A stretch of DNA of 64,000 nucleotides from a bacterium (lineage in GTDB: Bacteria; Patescibacteriota; Saccharimonadia; Saccharimonadales; DATKHC01), in assembly GCA_021781215.1 (NCBI GenBank), contig JAJXXC010000002.1, positions 147,371-211,370 on the forward strand, written 5' to 3'. Numbering within the stretch: position 1 is the first letter of the stretch; the number at the start of each line of letters is the position of its first letter. A program made the translations under genes and the position numbers. This document shows, piece after piece, positions 58,702 to 64,000 of this stretch. The notes under the pieces are model-generated. The model made no database searches, was not told the origin of the DNA, and saw only the letters and a list, made by a program, of their open reading frames with translations.

Positions 58702-58752
58702 CTTAACTTAGCTATCGAAAAAATGTCGAGTAGAATTGTTTATGCCGATAAG

Positions 58753-58798
58753 TAAGCTGTTGATAAACCTAATTCCTAAAAAATCCACTCTCTCTCAT
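58753..58798 (+). repeat. Conserved intergenic element, copy A
   Basis: TAAGCTGTTGATA..(20 nt)..CACTCTCTCTCAT. About 31 of 42 ungapped positions match copy B at 59096, with identical 33-nt spacing between the two conserved blocks. Confidence 0.6.
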
Positions 58799-58805
58799 CA
58801 TAGAA

Positions 58806-58834
58806 TTGACATATAGTAACTCTTATTTTAATAT
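58806..58834 (+). promoter_or_regulatory. Promoter of the small acidic protein gene
   Basis: TTGACA (58806..58811), 17 nt, TAATAT (58829..58834), then 7 nt to ATG 58842. Confidence 0.55.
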
Positions 58835-58841
58835 ACAATAT

Positions 58842-59051
58842 ATGAGCGGCAATGAATTTTGTGACGACGATCTAGAGGCACTTATATCTCGGCAACGGGA
58901 ATCGGATGCTCGACAAAAAGAAATTGATCATGAAATATTATCCGGTAACCTTACTTTTATCGAAGATGTTATAAGGCTCGAAGAAAAGATAACCCTCACT
59001 CGATTATTTTTGGATACTTATTTCCCAGAAGAAGAATCCGATGAAGGTTGA
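58842..59051 (+). CDS. Small acidic hypothetical protein
   Basis: 69 aa from ATG 58842 (MSGNEFCDDDLEAL..EEESDEG). The track start TTG 58806 is the -35 hexamer itself. Confidence 0.45.
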   Translation: MSGNEFCDDDLEALISRQRESDARQKEIDHEILSGNLTFIEDVIRLEEKITLTRLFLDTYFPEEESDEG

Positions 59052-59095
59052 AATACGACATGACTTTTGGAGATAAAAAATTTTATACCAAAGAC

Positions 59096-59139
59096 TAAGT
59101 TGTTGATAGATTTGATTACGAAAGTGTTCACTCTCTCAT
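59096..59139 (+). repeat. Conserved intergenic element, copy B
   Basis: TAAGTTGTTGATA..(20 nt)..CACTCTCTCAT. See copy A at 58753. Confidence 0.6.
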
Positions 59140-59315
59140 ACCTATAAGACTTGCCTCAGTTTTTTTGTAAATACTCACTATCGACTCAACCTTTTTATGG
59201 GGCTATACGGTTTAAGCCTCTGTTAGCTCCGAGGTTTTTATTTTATTGTAAATAAATAAGCCAAAGCTTATGCTTAAATCAATAGAATATTAACAATTAA
59301 AGGATTTAATTCAAA

Positions 59316-60074
59316 ATGAGCAAATTAAATAAAAACAATAGAGGCTTTGGTGGTGTTGAGCTAATATTGATAATCGTTATAGTTGTATTAATTGGCGTAG
59401 TAGGATGGTTGGTTTACAAGAATCATAATAAAGTAGCCCCAACTAAGACTGCTGCAGTAAATAAAACGATTGCAAAGACAACTCAGGGAACATCTACTAA
59501 TAAAAGTGTTACTGCTAATCCTTATGCGGGCTGGAAAACATATAATTCTATCCTTAATAGCGGATTATCTTTTGAATATCCGGCGAACTGGGTATTTACT
59601 CCAGCGAACAAACCATTTACGAATAATAATGGTGGAGTCGAAAATGATTCTTCCTTAACTAGCGCTGTAGTCCAAACTAAACCTGGCGTAGCATCTAATG
59701 TAGCCACAAATCAATATATGTGTGTGTCATTTGATGAATATGGGGGAACTTGGTCATACGGTGGTTGGAATCTAGTACAAAACTACGGACCGTTATTATC
59801 AAGTGAAAGTTTCAAGGTTGGTAGCGTCAATCTTTCTTTGAATACATATCAGGGGTCTAGTCCCATGCTGGATACTATGGAGCTGGTAAGTGTTCCTCCT
59901 AGTAATCTTGGTAGCCAATACATTAATACACAAAATAATTTTTCGGTTATAGTACAAGCACAATTTAATTGTGGCCAGGGCGGTCAGTCTGGTATTACAA
60001 ACTTGAACGCTGATTTTAATAGTCAACCAGAAACTGCAATAGCTAAACTAATTATGAAGAGCATTAAGTTCTAG
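59316..60074 (+). CDS. Type IV pilin-like (prepilin-type N-terminus) secreted protein, atypical
   Basis: 252 aa. MSKLNKNNRG/FGGVELILIIVIVVLIGVVGWLVY has the G/F cleavage context with Glu at +5, followed by a hydrophobic helix. The rest is S/T/N-rich with two Cys near the C-terminus. Confidence 0.45.
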   Translation: MSKLNKNNRGFGGVELILIIVIVVLIGVVGWLVYKNHNKVAPTKTAAVNKTIAKTTQGTSTNKSVTANPYAGWKTYNSILNSGLSFEYPANWVFTPANKPFTNNNGGVENDSSLTSAVVQTKPGVASNVATNQYMCVSFDEYGGTWSYGGWNLVQNYGPLLSSESFKVGSVNLSLNTYQGSSPMLDTMELVSVPPSNLGSQYINTQNNFSVIVQAQFNCGQGGQSGITNLNADFNSQPETAIAKLIMKSIKF

Positions 60075-60179
60075 GCCTGATAAAATGATATTGCCTAGCG
60101 ATTGCCCATCGAATCTACCATCGCCGAACCGATAATTAAACAGGTTCCTGACTTCAGGATTATCGCTTAGAGCCACTAA
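60066..60179 (-). repeat. Left arm of perfect 114-bp inverted repeat (inverted copy of yvcK codons 63-100)
   Basis: The reverse complement of 60066..60179 equals 60536..60649 at 114/114 positions (checked 10-mer by 10-mer). It overlaps the last 9 nt of the pilin-like CDS and lies inside the 66-aa minus-strand ORF 60048..60248. Confidence 0.95.
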
Positions 60180-60349
60180 ATATTGGCGTAGATATTGTTG
60201 TATTGAAGAAGATAATCGAGGTTTTAGGGGAAATGAAAATTCAGCCAAGGCACCTCGGAAGATATGCCGCCATCTACGCCAGAGACGTATCTGGCTATTA
60301 ATCAGTCAATAGTCAATTATTAAAACAGCTATTTTGTTAGAATATATGT

Positions 60350-61336
60350 ATGATTCAAAATAGCCCTAGCATTGTAGTAATCGGTGGCGGTACTGGTAGT
60401 TTTACTATACTCAAGGATCTTAAAAAGTTTACTCCTAATGTAACGGCTATAGTTAATATGAGTGATGATGGTGGATCGAGCGGAGTCCTTAGAGATGAAT
60501 TAGGGGTATTGCCGCCGGGAGATATACGTCAATGCTTAGTGGCTCTAAGCGATAATCCTGAAGTCAGGAACCTGTTTAATTATCGGTTCGGCGATGGTAG
60601 ATTCGATGGGCAATCGCTAGGCAATATCATTTTATCAGGCCTAGAACTTCAACATCGTAGTCTAGGAAAGGCAATTCAGGTCTCCAGTGATATATTGCAT
60701 ATCATAGGTAGGGTTATACCAGTAACTTTGACTAAGCATGTCTTAGTTATGGAAGATGGCCCGACTACCATTAAGGGGGAGTATGAAATAACCAAAAGAG
60801 TTATCAAGTCTAAAAAACCTCTTATGCACCTAGAACCTATGGCTAAAATAAATAAAGAAGCAACTAAGGCAATTATGGATGCCGATTTAGTAGTTATTGC
60901 ACCCGGTAACTTGTATGGTTCGTTATTGCCAATTTTTAGTGTTAAGGGGGTTGCTGAAGCCATTGCTAGCTCCAAGGCTAAAGTCATTGAAATAGTTAAC
61001 CTAGTAAATAAGCCGGGACAGACCGATAACTGGCATGTGGCAGATTACGTTAATGAGCTAGAGAGATATATTGGCAAGGATCAAATTGACGTAGTTTTAT
61101 ATAATACCGAACCAATATCTAACGAGTTAATTGCAAAATATGCCGCCGATAAAGAGTTCCCAGTCAGCATTAATCCCACGCGCCTTAAGCGGATTGGGGC
61201 TAAACTAATCGGCACCCGTTTAGTCAGTAGGGAAATATCTGCCCAAGATCCAAATGATAAAAAAATTAGGCGGACATTAATCCGACACGACGGAGTAGAA
61301 ATTAGCAGACAGTTGATGAGAATCTATTATGAGTAG
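60350..61336 (+). CDS. yvcK: YvcK/CofD-like (UPF0052, gluconeogenesis factor family) protein
   Basis: 328 aa. VVIGGGTGSFTILKDLKKF...VNMSDDGGSSGVLRDELGVLPPGDIRQCLVALS is the family N-terminal signature. TGTTAGAAT extended -10 at 60335..60343, 6 nt before the ATG. Confidence 0.85.
   Translation: MIQNSPSIVVIGGGTGSFTILKDLKKFTPNVTAIVNMSDDGGSSGVLRDELGVLPPGDIRQCLVALSDNPEVRNLFNYRFGDGRFDGQSLGNIILSGLELQHRSLGKAIQVSSDILHIIGRVIPVTLTKHVLVMEDGPTTIKGEYEITKRVIKSKKPLMHLEPMAKINKEATKAIMDADLVVIAPGNLYGSLLPIFSVKGVAEAIASSKAKVIEIVNLVNKPGQTDNWHVADYVNELERYIGKDQIDVVLYNTEPISNELIAKYAADKEFPVSINPTRLKRIGAKLIGTRLVSREISAQDPNDKKIRRTLIRHDGVEISRQLMRIYYE
60536..60649 (+). repeat. Right arm of perfect 114-bp inverted repeat (within yvcK)
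   Basis: Codons 63-100 of yvcK (LVALSDNPEVRNLFNYRFGDGRFDGQSLGNIILSGLEL). Exact reverse complement of 60066..60179. Confidence 0.95.
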
Positions 61337-61400
61337 ACCGGTAGCTATTTTTAGATCCCCATATTCTAATAATATCCAAAAGTGATAGGATGTATATACG

Positions 61401-61838
61401 GTGCAAGAACAAATACAAAAAATACTAAATAAGATCCCCTACAAAAATCTACAAGACGTAAGAGCGGTAGGGTTAATTGTCTTTGGAATCATCGTTTTAA
61501 TGATTACTTGGAGTGGTATTGGCACTATTCAAACCAATTATAATCTCCAAAAGCAGATTAATCAGTTATCTCAAGAAAGTGCCAATCAACAACTAGAAAA
61601 CAAAAACTTAGCTCTTGAAAATCAATATTATAATACTAATCAATATGTTGAGTTACAGGCTAGGGCTCTTCTGGATAAAGGGTTGCCTGGAGAAACTTTA
61701 ATTTTGGTTCCGAAGTCAGTTGCCTATAGCCAATTAGCGCCTGAACCAAAGACTCCGTCAGCCAACACCAATATCCAGAAACCCTTCTACCAGCAAAACT
61801 TTGAAGCCTGGATGGCTTTTTATTTCCACCGAAATTAA
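61401..61838 (+). CDS. FtsB/DivIC-like septum formation initiator
   Basis: 145 aa with a GTG start. Single TM (AVGLIVFGIIVLMITW), a coiled coil (LQKQINQLSQESANQQLENKNLALEN), then YVELQARALLDKGLPGETLILVP, typical of the DivIC/FtsB family. Confidence 0.6.
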   Translation: MQEQIQKILNKIPYKNLQDVRAVGLIVFGIIVLMITWSGIGTIQTNYNLQKQINQLSQESANQQLENKNLALENQYYNTNQYVELQARALLDKGLPGETLILVPKSVAYSQLAPEPKTPSANTNIQKPFYQQNFEAWMAFYFHRN

Positions 61839-62719
61839 TTAAGCTGTTTAAGTAAGTATTCCCTTAGGTCTTTACCGATGTCTGGGTCACTAACACCGAA
61901 ATCAAAGACTGTTTTAATGTATTCTAATTTATTGCCCGAGTCATGATATTTCCCGTTCATCACTTTATAGGCAAGGGTTTCGCGTCCGGCGTCTATCATT
62001 AATTGTATGGCTTTTTGAAGAGATATTTCTTGTCCGTTCTCTATGCCTTCGCTCGCTTGGTTAAGAAATTTGAATATTTCAGGATTGAATATATAGCTAC
62101 TAACACTGGCAATGTTGGATTTGGCATTGGCTTTTCCAGGTTTTTCAATTATAGAGTCCATTGATACGAGATTACTATCAATATTTTTACCAGAAATTAC
62201 GCCGTATCTTAGGTAGTCTTCAGCGCTATTGATTTCAATGCAAGACAATATATTGGCTTGATGCTGTTCATACACTTGAATCATCTGCTTGAATCTTGAT
62301 GGCTCGGCTTTAATAAAATCATCACCAAAGGTAAAGATAAAGGGTTCATTGCCGATTATGTGTTCCGAGTTCATTAAGGGCGCAGCATTACCTAAGAAAT
62401 TCTTTTGCCTAATGTAGATAAAGTTAGCCATGTTAGCAATATCATTTAATTCATCCAATAGGTAGTGTTTTTGTTTGTTTTGACTTAAGGTTTTAATTAA
62501 ATCACTGTTTGGTTCAGCGAAATGATCTTCAATAGACCGTTTGTTGTACCCCGTAACTATAACGATGTCTTCGATCCCGGCTTCAACTAATTCTTCGACA
62601 ATGTATTGAATAATTGGCTTATCTACCAGGGGCAACATTTCCTTAGGCATGGCTTTAGTTTGAGGTAGAAACCTAGTTCCCATTCCAGCAGCGGCAATAA
62701 CAGCTTTTCTAATCTTCAT
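61835..62719 (-). CDS. galU: UTP--glucose-1-phosphate uridylyltransferase
   Basis: 294 aa. KAVIAAAGMGTRFLPQTKAMPKEMLPLVDKPIIQYIVEE is canonical GalU. Confidence 0.9.
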   Translation of the reverse strand: MKIRKAVIAAAGMGTRFLPQTKAMPKEMLPLVDKPIIQYIVEELVEAGIEDIVIVTGYNKRSIEDHFAEPNSDLIKTLSQNKQKHYLLDELNDIANMANFIYIRQKNFLGNAAPLMNSEHIIGNEPFIFTFGDDFIKAEPSRFKQMIQVYEQHQANILSCIEINSAEDYLRYGVISGKNIDSNLVSMDSIIEKPGKANAKSNIASVSSYIFNPEIFKFLNQASEGIENGQEISLQKAIQLMIDAGRETLAYKVMNGKYHDSGNKLEYIKTVFDFGVSDPDIGKDLREYLLKQLN

Positions 62720-62772
62720 AAGTATATATTTTAAGTTATCCTTTTATTTAATATAAATTATTTTTGTTTTAG

Positions 62773-63321
62773 CTAGTATTTGATTGGAATAATGACGGAA
62801 TCGCTATTAGACGCTAATCCTGATGGATTATCTTTTTGTAAGACTATTGTTCCACTGCCGCTTTGTTCCCCAGAATATATCAACTTTACGGAGAATGGAA
62901 CTAGCTGATCTGTTTGCCAGCTACCCAGTACCTGGGCAGGGGTTTGAACGATTACATTCCCTGAGCTATCTTTTAATTGCACAGGGAAGCTGGCTTCAAA
63001 CGACCAATTGCCTGGAACTTCACCGACTACTGCGATTGGGCTAGCTACTATTGAATTCTTGAGCGGAGTATAGATTATGATTTTTACACCTTTTTGTGAG
63101 GTATATGTATAGCCAGGTTGTTGGATCTGATTTTTAAGCAAGTTCAATTGAGTATTTAGAGAAGTGACCTGTTTATCTAAAGTGTTAACTTTATTATGTT
63201 GCCAATTATATGTGCCGTAAATTGCCAAACCAGCAATTAAGATTAGCAATATTGCCAGTAAGACCTTGGCTAGTATATTGCCTCGAGATAAGTTTCGGTT
63301 ATTCTTCCAGGGTTGCCTCAT
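62773..63321 (-). CDS. Membrane-anchored Gmad2-type Ig-like domain protein (paralog-like of 21887..22435)
   Basis: Start taken at ATG 63321 (MRQPWKNNRNLSRGNILAKVLLAILLILIAGLAIY..). C-terminal ..PLKNSIVASPIAVVGEVPGNWSFEASFPVQLKD..G........GSGTIVLQKDNPSG domain. Confidence 0.6.
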   Translation of the reverse strand: MRQPWKNNRNLSRGNILAKVLLAILLILIAGLAIYGTYNWQHNKVNTLDKQVTSLNTQLNLLKNQIQQPGYTYTSQKGVKIIIYTPLKNSIVASPIAVVGEVPGNWSFEASFPVQLKDSSGNVIVQTPAQVLGSWQTDQLVPFSVKLIYSGEQSGSGTIVLQKDNPSGLASNSDSVIIPIKY

Positions 63322-63536
63322 AGTTCTATTATACTCTGATAGTACAAGTACTGATGTCATTGTGGCTAGATGCATGTTATTTAGTGGCGCTAAATAGAAA
63401 ACCCATACGGAGCGGCTATAGAGGTTATGGTACATATGACAGAACTTGTGCATTCCAGTTGGTGAGATGGAAATAACTACTTAAAGAGGATAAAGTGTTA
63501 GCTTGGTTTGATGGACGAAAAAGGAATTAAACTAAC

Positions 63537-63995
63537 TCAAACGGGAGCTTCATTAAAACTAAGCCATAAGAATACAGCTGCAGCACACATGTCAGCTAAA
63601 ATCCCAACCGCAACAAGAGGATTTTTTGCTCTTTGTATTTTGAAAATCAGTTTTGTTGTATTGATAACTTCTCCGTTTTTAGTATAAGCATCAAAGAATG
63701 CCTTGAGTATCGGAAGACCTTTTTTGTATTGTTCAGCCCACTGGAAGTTTGAAGACTCTACGCCAAAGTCACTGTGTAGTTTGTCGTAAAAATCCCAGAC
63801 TGATTCCAACTTTTTATATTTGTCTGGTGCAAAATTGATTTTATGCTGTGTTATAGAGGTTGACCAAGCAAGTTCTCTGGTTTTTAATAAGTAATTAACG
63901 TCCTTATTCGATGTATTTCTAATTTCTTCTACCATACTAGATATAATTTTAGATGGATTATCCGTTTTCAGTCTTGCGTACACCGCAAGAAACAT
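63537..63995 (-). CDS. Hypothetical protein with C-terminal TM (may extend past window edge)
   Basis: 152-aa ORF. The frame is still open between the ATG at 63995 and the window end. No recognisable motif. Confidence 0.4.
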   Translation of the reverse strand: MFLAVYARLKTDNPSKIISSMVEEIRNTSNKDVNYLLKTRELAWSTSITQHKINFAPDKYKKLESVWDFYDKLHSDFGVESSNFQWAEQYKKGLPILKAFFDAYTKNGEVINTTKLIFKIQRAKNPLVAVGILADMCAAAVFLWLSFNEAPV

Positions 63996-64000
63996 AACCT

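Noticed and set aside
59150-59260. Possible small structured RNA or terminator (GGGGCT..AGCCTC hairpin, then CCTC..GAGG, then a T-run) upstream of the pilin-like gene
   Set aside because: The stems are short (4-6 bp, one G-U pair) with large loops. There is no covariation evidence and it is 170 nt from the nearest upstream gene end.
57922-60350. tRNA-Met as the attachment site of an integrated island (57998..60349)
   Set aside because: By eye I found no downstream direct repeat of the tRNA 3' end and no integrase. The accessory flavour of the genes is noted, but an island boundary cannot be supported.
60066-60649. The 114-bp repeat pair as a diversity-generating retroelement template/variable repeat
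   Set aside because: The two copies are identical, with no adenine-specific mismatches, and no reverse transcriptase gene is present in the window.

Overview
AT-rich (by eye) bacterial chromosome segment read with the standard code (TGA is used as a stop, e.g. 25751..25753 and 46060..46062). The compact, overlapping genes, Gmad2-anchored proteins, pilin-like gene, archaeal-type AspRS and monoderm-style envelope genes suggest a Patescibacteria/CPR (Saccharibacteria-like) organism; this is inference only. Layout: (1) 1..6356 is the replication-origin neighbourhood: recF-dnaN-dnaA on the minus strand, diverging from rpmH-rnpA-yidC-jag, with DnaA-box clusters on both sides of dnaA. (2) About 6.4..43.2 kb is a roughly 35-kb envelope-glycan locus. 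It holds rmlADCB, gmd, manC plus a PMM-like gene, glmS, at least ten glycosyltransferases, Wzm/Wzt plus an RgpF-like gene, a WbaP-like initiating transferase next to a Wzy_C/O-antigen-ligase-family protein, two methyltransferases, three GtrA proteins, two polyprenyl-phosphate GT2 enzymes and two GT-C-like membrane proteins. Embedded in it are an 802-aa repeat-rich secreted protein, a replication-relaxation-like gene and an IS30 transposase remnant. (3) 43.2..49.6 kb is an accessory islet: AAA_14/DUF4143 ATPase, a LexA DNA-binding-domain-only protein, two paralogous YafQ/RelE-DinJ pairs, Phd plus a decayed PIN toxin, RHH plus PIN, and a Kef-type antiporter. Two of the insertions are flanked by direct repeats that duplicate the ends of the lexA-like gene. 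(4) 49.6..57.8 kb is mostly housekeeping (CBS protein, aspS, murC-like, dus) plus an uncharacterised kinase-like two-gene operon. (5) 57.9..64 kb holds tRNA-Met(CAT), small secreted/acidic/pilin-like genes with a repeated intergenic element, a perfect 114-bp inverted repeat bracketing the 5' end of yvcK, a ftsB/divIC-like gene, galU and a second Gmad2 protein. No rRNA, CRISPR array, intact transposase or integrase was seen. The observations most worth follow-up are the yvcK inverted repeat, the repeat-flanked cassette insertions around the lexA-like gene, the S-layer-glycosylation-like glycan locus, and the many promoters placed 6-9 nt from start codons (apparent leaderless mRNAs).
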